64,000 nt of DNA from an uncultured Verrucomicrobiae bacterium (GCA_963788655.1 CAWBHS010000022.1:96001-160000); one strand, 5' to 3'; positions 38,210 to 49,011 are shown, counted from the first letter of the stretch. The notes: generated by a model from the letters alone, not told the origin. A program made the numbers and translations.

Positions 38210-39373
38210 TTGAAAACGGAAAGCTCACAACCAGCCAAACGTGCTCGCTCCGATAGCGCAGCGTCCCGCCAACCGCGAACGTCTCGCAAAAAATGGTGGC
38301 GCCGTTTGCTGCTGGGCTTGGCCATATTGCCGTTGGTCGGCATTGCCGGTTGCGCGCTGCTGTTTCAAGGGCCGTATTTGCCGCCGCAGCCGCTGCCCGA
38401 CGAACCATGCTTGGACATGCACTGTCACGTGGCTGGCATTGGCGCGGGGAACAGCGGTTGTTTCATTTCCGAACACCTGCGGAACAGCTACAAATTCGGC
38501 ATCTACTTGCGCAGCTTTGGGGTCACGAAAAAGGAGGTGGAGCAGCAAGGCGACGCCCTCATTGTGCGCCGGTTGTCCGAACAAATTGCCGCCAGCCGGC
38601 ACGTGGACCAAGCCATCATCCTGGCCATGGACGGCGTGGTCAATAACGCGGGCGAATTGGACCGCCAGCGCACTGAATTTTATGTGCCCAACGAATTCGT
38701 GGCGCAGCAAACTGCCAAATACACCAACCTCCTCTTCGGCGCGAGCATCAATCCCTACCGGCATGATGCGCTGGAGCGTCTCGAATGGGCGCATGCCCAC
38801 GGCGCCAGACTGATCAAGTGGCTGCCCTCCATCATGCTCATCGATCCAGGTGACGAACGACTGGTGCCGTTTTATCGCAAGCTGGTCGAGTTGAAGATGC
38901 CCCTGCTCACGCATGCCGGGAAGGAACGGTCCTTCACGCACGCACGCGACGAGTTTGCGGACCCGGAGCGTCTGGAATTGCCGTTGCGCCTGGGCGTCAC
39001 CGTCATTGCGGCGCACGTGGCATCCACCGGATCGCACGCCGGCGAACGCGATACCGATCGCCTGGCTCGCCTGATGACGCAACATACCAACTTGTGGACC
39101 GACATCTCGTCCCTAACCCAGTTCAACAAGCTTGGTTATCTACGCGAGGCCTTGCAGCGCCCGGCGTTCCAAGGACGATTGCTCTACGGCACGGACTATC
39201 CCCTGATCAACACGCTCATGGTGTCGCCCTGGTATTTTCCGTTGAACCTCAAAGTGCGCCAAATGTGGAAGATCAGCCGGATCGACAATCCCTGGGACCG
39301 GGATGTCGCCTTGAAGCAAGCGCTCGGGGTGCCTCCCGAGGTGTTTCGGCGGGCTGACCAAATCCTTCGCTGA
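38210..39373 (+). CDS. Membrane-anchored metal-dependent amidohydrolase (Amidohydro_2-like)
   Basis: N-terminal TM segment, DMHCH, ASINPYR, KWLP, LLTHAG, IAAH, DISSL and LYGTDYP. Confidence 0.85.
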   Translation: MKTESSQPAKRARSDSAASRQPRTSRKKWWRRLLLGLAILPLVGIAGCALLFQGPYLPPQPLPDEPCLDMHCHVAGIGAGNSGCFISEHLRNSYKFGIYLRSFGVTKKEVEQQGDALIVRRLSEQIAASRHVDQAIILAMDGVVNNAGELDRQRTEFYVPNEFVAQQTAKYTNLLFGASINPYRHDALERLEWAHAHGARLIKWLPSIMLIDPGDERLVPFYRKLVELKMPLLTHAGKERSFTHARDEFADPERLELPLRLGVTVIAAHVASTGSHAGERDTDRLARLMTQHTNLWTDISSLTQFNKLGYLREALQRPAFQGRLLYGTDYPLINTLMVSPWYFPLNLKVRQMWKISRIDNPWDRDVALKQALGVPPEVFRRADQILR

Positions 39374-39375
39374 CA

Positions 39376-40196
39376 ATGGACGACGAATTGCAGTCACTGC
39401 AAATCCGCATCCACGGCGAAGGCCATAGTCCGACGCTGATTTACTTGCCGGGCATCCACGGTGACTGGACTTTGATCACCGAATTTCGCAAAGCCATTCA
39501 GGAGCAGGTTCGTTTGGTGGAGTTCAGTTACCCGCGCAGCCTCACGTGGTCGCTGGATGATTATGCGGCTGCCGTCGAGCAGGCCTTGCGCGAGCATCAG
39601 ATCGCCGAAGGCTGGTGGCTGGGCGAATCGTTCAGCTCGCAAGTGACCTGGGCGTTGCTCGGCCGTGAGCAGGCACGTGCCCGCGCGGGTGAAACTGGAT
39701 TTCGTGCTCAAGGCGTGATCCTCGCCGGTGGTTTTGTTCGGTACCCGGGGGATGGTTTGTGAAGCTGGGCTGGCAGTTGAGCCCGTTGCTGCCGCACGGA
39801 GCGTTGAAAGTCCTGTTTGGAATGTATCGGCGTTACGCCAAGCTGCGTCATCGACACTCGCCGGAGTCACAAGTGAACGTTGCGGAGTTCATCCGGCGGC
39901 GCCTCGAACCTGCCGATCGGCTGGCCATCCGGCACCGGCTCAAGTTGATCGCCGACTACGATCCGCGGGCAATCGCGCAGAAGGCGCAACTGCCCGTCCA
40001 TTCGCTGGTGGGATTGGTCGATCCGGTGGTGCCCAGTCTGCCGGTCTGCCGCTGGCTCAAGCGCAATTGTCCGGGTTACCGTGGCACCCGCGTGGTTGTT
40101 GGAGCCGATCATAATGTGCTGGGAAGTGCTCCGCGCCAGTCGGTCGAGCAAATTCTTCGCTGGTTGCGGGAGGAAGAATCGTCTGCGCGGCAATAG
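39376..40196 (+). CDS. Alpha/beta-hydrolase, split by a frameshift at the G run 39747-39751
   Basis: YLPGIHG, GESFS (nucleophile elbow), GLVDPVV and ADHNVL. Adding one G joins RYPG to GWFVKLGWQ. Confidence 0.78.
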
Positions 40197-40256
40197 TGTT
40201 TTTGAGATACCGATGGGGCCATACGGCTACGACTTGCTGACGGAGCGTAGCCGGCA

Positions 40257-40463
40257 ATGCCAAATCCGCGAGGCGGCCAGCCGAATCTGCCGGGTGAGAT
40301 TCAAGCGACGGTCAATTTGAAACAGGTTTCCTGGGGAACGGAACTGAACATCACCCAGGAAGGAATCCCCGCGGCCATTCCCGCCGAAGCATACTACCTC
40401 GGCTGGCAGGAATCCCTGGCGCTGTTGGCCAAATTGGTCGAGGCGGAGATGATCGGCTGTTAA
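40257..40463 (+). pseudogene. C-terminal fragment of an SRPBCC/AHSA1-family protein
   Basis: PNLPGEIQATVNLKQVSWGTELNITQEGIP...YLGWQESLALLAKLVE resembles the last strands and helix of SRPBCC proteins; the N-terminal half is absent. Confidence 0.65.
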
Positions 40464-40655
40464 ATCCATTCCAATCGAACGGTGGACTGTCCGCGACGCT
40501 CCTCGATCGAAAACTCGCTCGCCTCGGCCTTGAGCGTCGCTGGGCCGGGCCTGAAGTTCCAGCAAATGATTGAGAGCGGCGGCGCAATAAACGATACTGG
40601 CGCCATGATGCGATGACAACCACGTGGCCAGCACCGAGGTTGCCCTGGATATTGG

Positions 40656-42603
40656 TCAGTCCCCCAAAAATCTTTTCCGATCCGCCTGCCAGAGACGGTC
40701 CAATTCCGCGTGGCTCGGCGGTTCACCAATCTTCCGCCAGCCCTGGCCTTCGTGTTGTATCTCGGGACGCCCGGCCAACAGTGCGGTGTATGGTTTGAAC
40801 CGACGCAGCACCGCTTTACCCAACAACGGGCGCACATGAATCATGTTCGAGTAAGTCAACCGTCCGCCAAATTCCAGTTCGGCTTGGATGGCACTCACGA
40901 TGGCATTCGTCTCCGCGCCTTTGGCGGCCTGGTCGAGGCCGTGCCGCAAATACAAGTAGTGCCAATACATCCGCAGTTGATCGACGCGCTCTCGATATTG
41001 CGGCAAATCCCGAACCAATCCGGCCGCTTCGTCGAGGTCACGGAAGGAGGCTTGCATGGTTTGGAGATTGAATTTCGCCGCCGGCGGCTCGTTGGAAGGT
41101 TGTCCATCGGCCTCAGAGGTCTTCGATTTTGTCCGGTTCTCCGATACCGCCGCTGAAGGTCCGTACCAACGGACATAGTAACGTTCCATCACCGCCGCCG
41201 CCGGACCGAACGCCGCTTGGTAAAAGTCACGGAGCACAGCAGGCACGTCCGCATCCACGTCCCACATCAACTGCGCCGCCAGATAATATCCCAGCCCGCG
41301 TGGTCCCCAATTGTTCGAAGCTTCGGCATTGATACTCGTCACGCCTTGGCGATGAAAGAACCGTAATTCCTTTTGCAGGGCCGCCGGCGTCAGTTTGCCA
41401 GGCGACGGATAATCCCAATCCCACTGATAAACGCTGTAGTAGTCGCGGATGCCGATTTGGGCGGCCCGCGCGCGCCAGGCATCCAGTTGGGCTTCCCAAC
41501 TCAGATCGGTGCGCCGGAAGGCCGTGGTGGTTTGAACGAACACATTCGAGCGGAGTTGGAAGGAGGGCGGATGCGAATACGCACTGTAAGCGTAAGAACC
41601 GATCAGTGTATCAGGATATTTCACCGCCACCGCGGCAGCCACCTGGTTGATGAAATGAAAGAGCGTTTCCGAAGTCACGTTCACCACGACGCCGTCGGGG
41701 CGCTTGGCGAAATAGGTGCCATGTTCCGCGTATGATTTGGCTCCCTGGAACACGGCGAAACAACGGTCGCACTCGCAGTAGCCCAGCCCGTCCGGCGGGC
41801 TCATGGAAATCATCGCTACACCGTGCGCGGCCTGGGCCAAGGCGTCCTTGATGGCCCGCGCGACCACCGCCGGGTGACTGTAACAGGGCTTCGTGGGTTG
41901 GCGCTTGCCATTCACCAGCGCAAACCAATCCGGGTGTTCGGCGAAATCCTTGTTGAAGTCCAAGCCGTGTCGGCTGTGCCCGATGGAAATGGCAATCGGT
42001 CCGCCCATGCGATTATGTCGCTGCCAAGCCTCGAAGTCCTGGGCACACGGAGGATAGGCCCCATAGCCATACCAGATTTTGCGCTGCACCGGGAAATCGG
42101 GGCGGCTACGTTGGTTCCAAGCGCCCGTAATCGTGCGCTGCCGCGGCACCACCTCCCACGTCTTGCCGGGAAAAAACCAGCGGCAGCCCAGGGATTGCAG
42201 GAAGGTTGTCACCGCGTGTTGCACGCCGGACGTCTGATTGGCGATGAGTAGCAGATTCGTTCCGTCGCTTCTCAGGATAAAACCTTCCCCGCCCAGTTTG
42301 GATACATTCGTGAGCGTCAGCCATGGGAAGTCCGCCGCCAAATCCGACGTACAGACCATGGGCAGTGGCCTTCGGTTGGCCCACTGCCAATTCCGTTCCG
42401 GCAATCTCGTGGAGATAATGCTGCAATTCGGCGACGGGTGCGGCCACGCTGCCGGGCAACAACGCCATTTGCGGAACACCATCCTGGATCAGCGTGACTG
42501 GTTGTGCGGCCAACCAAATCGGAAGCGCCGCCAAACCGAATGCGCAAACACGGAGCGTTCGCGCCATCCGGCCAGCCAGCGGTTTTCGGGAGGCAGAAGA
42601 CAT
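40656..42603 (-). CDS. Secreted DUF4838-type protein (GH67/GH20-like N-terminal domain), frameshifted at ~42341
   Basis: Signal peptide, AELQHYLHEIAG, EGFILRSDG, LGCRWFFPG, HPDWFAL, CYSHP, SMSPPDGLGYCEC and YAYSAYSHPP. Removing one T joins HGLYVG to LAADFPW. Confidence 0.8.
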
Positions 42604-42610
42604 ACGGTGA

Positions 42611-43054
42611 TCAAAACGTGAGCACTTTCCAATTCTCCTTAAGGATGTCGGTCAGGGGCCGGCCCATGCCTTTGACCTCCACACCCAGTTCGCGCAGACG
42701 TTGGGAAACGCCATAGGAATCCGCGCACGCCACACAGGCTTGGACCTTCACGCCATCCCGCATCATGGCTTTGACTTTGGCTTGCAGGTCCTTATCCGCG
42801 GCCAGCAATCGGGCGGACGGACCCCAGACAATCAAGACCACGCGGTCAAACCACTTCTGTTGCTGCGCTGCGTGGCAATACATCAGGCAGACGCGGTGCG
42901 CCACGTCGGGATCGCCACTGCTCCAAACCACGGCCAGCCGGCTCGGCGCGATCTCCGGGTTTCCGTTGGTGTTTACCGGTTGGGCCCAGAGCCACAACGC
43001 GCCGGTGAGCATGAGGGCAATGACGATCGACCAGGTCAGGGATATTTTTTTCAT
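42611..43054 (-). CDS. Exported DsrE-family protein
   Basis: Signal peptide MKKISLTWSIVIALML, LAVVWSSGD, LIVWGPS and ACVACAD (CxxC). Confidence 0.8.
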   Translation of the reverse strand: MKKISLTWSIVIALMLTGALWLWAQPVNTNGNPEIAPSRLAVVWSSGDPDVAHRVCLMYCHAAQQQKWFDRVVLIVWGPSARLLAADKDLQAKVKAMMRDGVKVQACVACADSYGVSQRLRELGVEVKGMGRPLTDILKENWKVLTF

Positions 43055-43178
43055 GACCATCATTTTGCGGATGTCAGTTCGATTTCCGCAACGTTTTCCG
43101 TTCGACACGGCTCATCTCATGGCCCTGGATCGGCGGGTCGTGACGGCAGAATGGATATCGGCGCCGGTAACCTGGCCC

Positions 43179-43206
43179 TCGAAGTTCGGATTTCGGCCTT
43201 CGAATT
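43179..43206. repeat. Short heptamer tandem array
   Basis: TCGAAGT TCGGATT TCGGCCT TCGAATT. Confidence 0.5.
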
Positions 43207-43298
43207 TCGCGATAGCTCCGGCGCCCGGAATCTGCCGGCTAACTTTGGGCTTTCCAGTTCCGCCGCGAACCGCCAACATCTGAAGTGTGACGGTCGAG

Positions 43299-43589
43299 AT
43301 GTTTAAACAGGAAATAACCGCAGCCCTCCGGGCGTACGAGAAATACATTGTCTGCCTCGACAAGACGCCGCCTGATTGTGAAGCCTCGCTGCGTTCGTTG
43401 ATGGAAAAGGCCATCAAGGCCTACCAGAATCGGGGTGCCAATCTGCGCCACGGCATTGCTCTGGACCGGCAGGTGACGATCATTCTCAGTCAGACCGACG
43501 GCGACCGGCCCTTGTGCGGCATCTATTTCAACCTGCACTCGCCGTACCAAAGGAAAATCTCCCCACGCACCGCCAAAACGGCCGGTTGA
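43299..43589 (+). CDS. Small hypothetical protein (96 aa)
   Basis: Fills the gap between minus-strand genes, has typical codon bias and a globular-looking sequence ending LCGIYFNLHSPY. Confidence 0.72.
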   Translation: MFKQEITAALRAYEKYIVCLDKTPPDCEASLRSLMEKAIKAYQNRGANLRHGIALDRQVTIILSQTDGDRPLCGIYFNLHSPYQRKISPRTAKTAG

Positions 43590-43619
43590 ACGGCGTTCCC
43601 ATCCCCGAGAAACCGCCCG

Positions 43620-43991
43620 TCAATCCGGGCGCACTTCATCGTCCAATTGGCATTCGCCGGCGACGATATCGCCCGCGATGTTTACGTCACGCTGCGGCCC
43701 GGTGATCTTGATTTCCCCGACTTTGAGGCCTTTCCGATAGACATTCAGCCGCGTCCCCACCTGCGGCAGGACTCCGACCGGATACGAAATGACCACGAAG
43801 GCAGCCTTGCGATTGACCGATGTTATCTTGCCCTTCACCACGTTGCTCGGGGTAATGATCAGCCCGGTTCCGTTCGTGGCGGCACTAGTCAGGTTGCCGG
43901 TGACACGGCCGGGTGGTATTTCCGTGGGCGCGCCTTGCGGTCGGGCGCATCCGGCAATCAAGGCCAAGAATAACAAGAGCAACCAATGCAT
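43620..43991 (-). CDS. Small lipoprotein with a C-terminal beta-strand domain
   Basis: MHWLLLLFLALIAGC lipobox and C-terminal LNVYRKGLKVGEIKITGP. Confidence 0.8.
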   Translation of the reverse strand: MHWLLLLFLALIAGCARPQGAPTEIPPGRVTGNLTSAATNGTGLIITPSNVVKGKITSVNRKAAFVVISYPVGVLPQVGTRLNVYRKGLKVGEIKITGPQRDVNIAGDIVAGECQLDDEVRPD

Positions 43992-44219
43992 GGAATGCTC
44001 GTACCCGCGAATGGCCTCGCGTGCAACCTGGAAAATTCATTTGCCCGCGAGGGTGAATGCCAGCCGTGGGGTTTTGCTTCGAAACCGGAAAATTCAAAAC
44101 CGTGTCTCCTTGTTACGTGTGGCTTCGGTGAGTTGCCCACAGGTCATCTAATCACTTGCTGAGAATTTCCTCGTTAGGCGGTGGAAATGCCGGCAAAAAT
44201 GGCTAAAGGTAAAGGCGTC

Positions 44220-46580
44220 ATGACCGCGCGACATTTTTTGCTCTACTTCACGTTCATGGGTGTGGTGGCTGGAGTTACGGCCGGGGCCGCCAGGGGCCCG
44301 GGCCAGGCTATTGCCCCAACCAGTGCTGCCACTGATGGCTTTCAAACACACGTGCGCCCGGTGCTCGAGGAGTTTTGTTTCCGCTGCCATGGGGAAACCA
44401 AACACAAAGCCGGACTCTCGTTTTCCCACTTCGCAACGGCGCAGCAGGCCCGCGCGGAACACGAGGTGTGGTCGAAGGTATTGCGCGTTTTGCAGGAACA
44501 CGAAATGCCGCCGGAAGGCAAGCCGCAGCCGTCGCCGGGCCAGCGCGACCAAATCATTGGCTGGGTTCACGCCGAAATGTTTCCGTTGGACTGCGATCAT
44601 CCCGATCCTGGGCGCGTCACCATTCGCCGCTTGAACCGAGCCGAGTACAACAACACCATTCGCGACCTGGTGGGGGTGACGTTTCATCCGGCGGATGACT
44701 TTCCCCCGGACGATTCCGGTTACGGCTTTGACAACATCGGCGACGTGCTTTCGCTTTCGCCGATCCTCCTCGAGAAATATCTCGCGGCCGCGGAGCGAAT
44801 CCTGGACGCGGCCATCGTCACCCCCGAATCAATCAAACCGCCCGAACAAATTTTTGCTGCGAACGCGTTCAAAGCCACGGGTGGCGGAGGTCTGTCCGGC
44901 ACATGTTGTTTTCAACTCTTCAGTCAAGGCGAGGTCTATGTTCAATTCGCGCCGAGATCCAGCGGAGAGTTTCGTCTGCGCGTGCGCGCCTACGGTCAAC
45001 AAGCCGGGCCGGATTCGGTGCGCATGACGGTCAAAGCGGATGGCAAGGAGTTGAAGACGTTCGAAGTCAAAGCCGTCGAGGAAACGCCCGGCGATTACGA
45101 AGTGCGCTGCCAACTCGCCGCCGGCAATCGGCGTCTGGCCGCTGGGTTCATCAACGACTATTACAATCCCAACGATCCGAATCGCGCCAACCGCGACCGC
45201 AACCTGGTCGTGCAGTCGATCACGGTGGAAGGCCCGTTGGACGCGCCGCCGCCCTCGCTGCCGGAAACGCATCGGCGCATCTTTATCTGCGAACCCACGC
45301 CAGGAAATGAGCCGGCCTGCGCTCGCAAGATCATCCGCCATTTCGCGCGCCGGGCCTTTCGTCGTCCGGTGGCGGATGAGGAAGTGGCGCGCCTGGCCAA
45401 GTTGGCAGATTCGGCGCGCCGTGATGGGGAAAGCTTCGAGCAAAGCATCAAACTGGCGTTGGAAGCTGTGTTGGTCTCGCCGCACTTCTTGTTCCGCGGC
45501 GAACTGCAACCCGAACCGAACAATCCCGAAACCGTCCGCCCCATCGACGAGTTTGCGCTGGCGTCGCGGCTTTCATATTTTCTGTGGAGCAGCCTGCCCG
45601 ACGACGAGTTGTTTCGGCTGGCCCAGGATAAGCAGCTTCGCGCCCACCTCGAACCCCAGGTTCGTCGTATGCTAAAGGATCAGCGCGCGCAAGCATTGGT
45701 GCAGAACTTCGGCGAGCAATGGCTGCAAACCCGCAACTTGGACTTGGTAAGTCCCGACGCCCACATCTTCCCGGGGTTCAACGAGACCCTCCGCCGTTCC
45801 ATGCGTCGCGAAACCGATTTGTTATTTGCCACGATCATTCGCGAAGATCGGAGCGTGCTCGATTTTCTCACCGCGGATTTTACGTATGTCAATGGACCGT
45901 TGGCCCGGCTATACGGGATTGACGGGGTCAAAGGCGACAAGTTCCAGCGGGTGTCCTTGAAAGGCACCGGCCGGGGGGGGTTGCTCACGCATGCCAGCGT
46001 GCTTACCATCACGTCCAATCCCACGCGCACTTCGCCGGTCAAACGTGGTAAATGGGTTCTGGAGAATCTCCTCAACGCGCCCCCGCCGCCCCCGCCGCCC
46101 AACGTGCCGGCATTGAACGAATCCCAGGAAGCCGCCGCCAACACGACGTTGCGTCAGCGGATGGAGCAGCATCGGGCCAATCCCTTGTGCGCTTCGTGTC
46201 ACGCGCGCATGGACCCCATCGGCTTTGGACTGGAAAATTTCGACGGCATCGGCGCTTGGCGCCAAAAGGACGGTGGCTTGCCCATCGATCCTGCGGGGCA
46301 GTTGAACACGGGGGAAACTTTCGCCGGCGCCGCCGATCTGCGCCATCTGCTCGCCACGGCCAAACGCGACCAATTCGTCCGCTGCGTAGCGGAGAAATTG
46401 TTGACCTACGCGCTGGGACGCGGTCTGGAATATTACGACCGGTGCGCCGTGGACCGGATGGTGCAAAACGTGGCCAAACAGGACTACCGGTTCTCATCGT
46501 TCATTTTGGAAATCACGCGCAGCGCCCCTTTCCAAATGCGCCGCGGCGAAGGCGAACGGCTGGCGCAGGTGGACCGATGA
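44220..46580 (+). CDS. DUF1592/DUF1588/DUF1587/DUF1595/DUF1585 (PSD) cytochrome-c-like protein
   Basis: CFRCH and CASCH heme motifs, RRLNRAEYNNTIRDL, GFDNIG, ASRLSYFLWSSLPD, RTSPVKRGKWVL, GFGLENFDGIG and LLTYALGR. Confidence 0.9.
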   Translation: MTARHFLLYFTFMGVVAGVTAGAARGPGQAIAPTSAATDGFQTHVRPVLEEFCFRCHGETKHKAGLSFSHFATAQQARAEHEVWSKVLRVLQEHEMPPEGKPQPSPGQRDQIIGWVHAEMFPLDCDHPDPGRVTIRRLNRAEYNNTIRDLVGVTFHPADDFPPDDSGYGFDNIGDVLSLSPILLEKYLAAAERILDAAIVTPESIKPPEQIFAANAFKATGGGGLSGTCCFQLFSQGEVYVQFAPRSSGEFRLRVRAYGQQAGPDSVRMTVKADGKELKTFEVKAVEETPGDYEVRCQLAAGNRRLAAGFINDYYNPNDPNRANRDRNLVVQSITVEGPLDAPPPSLPETHRRIFICEPTPGNEPACARKIIRHFARRAFRRPVADEEVARLAKLADSARRDGESFEQSIKLALEAVLVSPHFLFRGELQPEPNNPETVRPIDEFALASRLSYFLWSSLPDDELFRLAQDKQLRAHLEPQVRRMLKDQRAQALVQNFGEQWLQTRNLDLVSPDAHIFPGFNETLRRSMRRETDLLFATIIREDRSVLDFLTADFTYVNGPLARLYGIDGVKGDKFQRVSLKGTGRGGLLTHASVLTITSNPTRTSPVKRGKWVLENLLNAPPPPPPPNVPALNESQEAAANTTLRQRMEQHRANPLCASCHARMDPIGFGLENFDGIGAWRQKDGGLPIDPAGQLNTGETFAGAADLRHLLATAKRDQFVRCVAEKLLTYALGRGLEYYDRCAVDRMVQNVAKQDYRFSSFILEITRSAPFQMRRGEGERLAQVDR

Positions 46581-46591
46581 GATTTTGACCA

Positions 46592-46730
46592 GGAGCGCGC
46601 CCGCCTCGGGCGCTGTCAACGGCGCCTCGCCGTTGACTCCGCCCGCCAACGCCAGCCACCGATCAGAAGCACGGTTCCATCCGCGGCCGGCGCGAGGCGC
46701 ATCGACCGACAGGCGAGGCGCCTGTGCTCC
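46592..46730. repeat. Double-hairpin REP-like repeat (reverse orientation) plus a second hairpin
   Basis: GGAGCGCGCCCGCCTCGGGCGCTGTCAACGGCGCCTCGCCGTTGAC (46592-46637) and ACAGGCGAGGCGCCTGTGCTCC (~46709-46730). Confidence 0.8.
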
Positions 46731-46850
46731 CTTTCAGAAACGCCACCATCCACACTTGTCGGCTTCAATGGAGACGCCGCAGAAAACCGAAATGTCCGCT
46801 TGCTTGCACCCATTCACGGCCTTACTGTCGCCTATTAGAAAACACATAGG

Positions 46851-48227
46851 ATGAAGCGTATGACCCGAAAATGGCAGATTCCCCGACGGACCTTCCTGCG
46901 CGGCCTGGGCGCGACGATGGCGTTGCCCGCGCTCGAAGCCATGGTCGCCCCAATCGACTTGCTGGCCAAGAACACCAACCACACCCACAATGGCAGCCAT
47001 CCGTTGCGCCTGGCGTTCGTGTATGTGCCCAATGGCGCGAACATGGCCGACTGGAAACCGAAAACGGAAGGCACCGATTTCGAATTGCCCTACATCCTCG
47101 AGCCGCTGAAACCGGTGCGGAACGAAGTGCAGGTGCTGACCGGACTGGCGCAGGACAAGGCGTTTCCGAACGGGGACGGCGCCGGAGACCACGCCCGGGC
47201 CAGCGCCACGTTCCTGACTGGCTGCCAGGCCCGCAAGACGGCCGGCGCGGACATTCACGTGGGCATCTCCGTCGATCAAGTCGCCGCGCAGCGGTTGGGC
47301 CGGTTGACACGGTTGCCGTCGTTGGAGTTGAGCACCGACCAGGCGCGGCAGGCCGGCGCCTGCGATTCGGGTTACAGTTGCGCCTATCAGTTCAACATTT
47401 CCTGGAGCGGCGAGAGCACGCCCTTGCCGCCCGAGGCCAATCCGCGACTGGTCTTCGAACGGTTGTTCGGCAACGATCGCCCGGCGGAAATGACCGAGAG
47501 CCGCGCCCGCCGGGAACACTATCGCCAAAGCATATTGGACCTGGTGCAGGAAGACGCCCGGCAGTTGAAGGCCCAACTGGGCCGCACGGACCAGCGCAAA
47601 CTGGATGAATATCTTACCTCCGTTCGTGAATTGGAACGGCGCGTGGAACAAGCGGAGCAATTCACTGCCTCCTTGCCGAACGCCACCAAGCCTGCGGGCA
47701 TCCCCCGCGAATACGAACGGCACCTCGAGCTGATGTTTGACCTACTGGCGCTGGGATTTCAAACCGACACCACGCGCATTGCGTCATTCATGATGGCGCA
47801 CGACGGCAGTAACAAGCCCTATCCGTTCATTGGCGTCTCTGAGGGGCACCACGACCTTTCCCACCACCAGAACAAGGAGGAGAAGAAACACAAGATTGCC
47901 CGGATCAATCATTTTCACCTCACCCAGTTCGCCCGGTTTCTGACCAAACTCAAAAGCATTCCGGAAGGCAACGGCACGCTGCTGGACCATTGCATGATCG
48001 TTTACGGCAGCGGCCTGTCCGACGGTAATCGGCACAATCACGACGACCTGCCCGTCCTCGTGGCCGGTGGCGGCGCCGGCACCTTAACGCCCGGCCGGCA
48101 CGTGAAGTTCAGCAAGACGCCGATGAACAATCTTTACCTGGCTCTGCTCGAACGGATGGGCGTCCCGACGCAACAATTGGGCGACAGCACTGGAATCTTG
48201 CGGGGTATTGGTCCGGAGCTGAGCTGA
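46851..48227 (+). CDS. Tat-exported DUF1552 (HXXSHH) protein
   Basis: PRRTFLRGLG, YVPNG, SVDQVAA, ISWS, NPRLVFERLFG, HHDLSHH and GNRHNH. Confidence 0.92.
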   Translation: MKRMTRKWQIPRRTFLRGLGATMALPALEAMVAPIDLLAKNTNHTHNGSHPLRLAFVYVPNGANMADWKPKTEGTDFELPYILEPLKPVRNEVQVLTGLAQDKAFPNGDGAGDHARASATFLTGCQARKTAGADIHVGISVDQVAAQRLGRLTRLPSLELSTDQARQAGACDSGYSCAYQFNISWSGESTPLPPEANPRLVFERLFGNDRPAEMTESRARREHYRQSILDLVQEDARQLKAQLGRTDQRKLDEYLTSVRELERRVEQAEQFTASLPNATKPAGIPREYERHLELMFDLLALGFQTDTTRIASFMMAHDGSNKPYPFIGVSEGHHDLSHHQNKEEKKHKIARINHFHLTQFARFLTKLKSIPEGNGTLLDHCMIVYGSGLSDGNRHNHDDLPVLVAGGGAGTLTPGRHVKFSKTPMNNLYLALLERMGVPTQQLGDSTGILRGIGPELS

Positions 48228-48398
48228 GTTGCGTTGAGCAAGCCTTCGCTATTCGGCGGCGTTTGAAATGGCCGGGCCCGACCAGGAAGATGCAAATATC
48301 CTGAGTGTTTCTTTCGTAGGCGACGTAGTTAAAAGGAAAGCTGGCGTTCTGAAGAACGTTGTGGCTGATCGCGGAATGTAACGGAATCGGATTAAAAC

Positions 48399-48872
48399 AT
48401 GAAAAATAAGGCAAAGAAACACTTGAGCACTTGTCTGGCCTTGGGGCTGGCGGTGGGTATGACGGGTATTGCTTTTGGCGCGGCTGACAACGGCAAAGCC
48501 ACGACCAAACCCTATCCGCTGGACACCTGTGTGGTTTCGGGCAAGAAACTTGAACTGACCTCCTCGACGCTATACTCCTTCAATTATAAAGGGCAACAAA
48601 TCACGATGTGCTGCCAAGGCTGTCGCGAGGACTTTCAGAAAGCCCCGGCCAAATACATGGCCAAAGTCACCGCGGCGGCCAAGCTCGTGAAACCGTATCC
48701 GCTCAAAACCTGTGTGGTCTCCGGCGAGACCTTGGGCGAAATGGGCAATCCGTACGTCTTTGTCTTTCACGGGCAAGAACTCAAGTTGTGTTGTAAAGGC
48801 TGTCTGAAGACCTTTAGCAAAGAGCCCGAGAAATATCTGGCCAAGATGCGGGAATCGAAGTCGTCCCATTGA
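48399..48872 (+). CDS. Exported tandem TRASH/YHS-like metal-binding protein
   Basis: Signal peptide and two KPYPLxTCVVSG...CCxGC...PxKY repeats. Confidence 0.82.
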   Translation: MKNKAKKHLSTCLALGLAVGMTGIAFGAADNGKATTKPYPLDTCVVSGKKLELTSSTLYSFNYKGQQITMCCQGCREDFQKAPAKYMAKVTAAAKLVKPYPLKTCVVSGETLGEMGNPYVFVFHGQELKLCCKGCLKTFSKEPEKYLAKMRESKSSH

Positions 48873-49011
48873 CCAGTCTCCAAACCTCCGTCCCGACGCA
48901 CTGAGGAACTTGGTTCAACTTCCTCTGCGCTTCGGTTTCTGCGCAGGCTGGAATTGATAAGTGCCGTTGGACTGCCGGCAGGCCCATTCGGTCCGCAATC
49001 CGCGTCGCCTT

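Noticed and set aside
44030..44160. Possible riboswitch upstream of the DUF1592 gene
   Set aside because: Only short hairpins, with no aptamer consensus or terminator that I can support.
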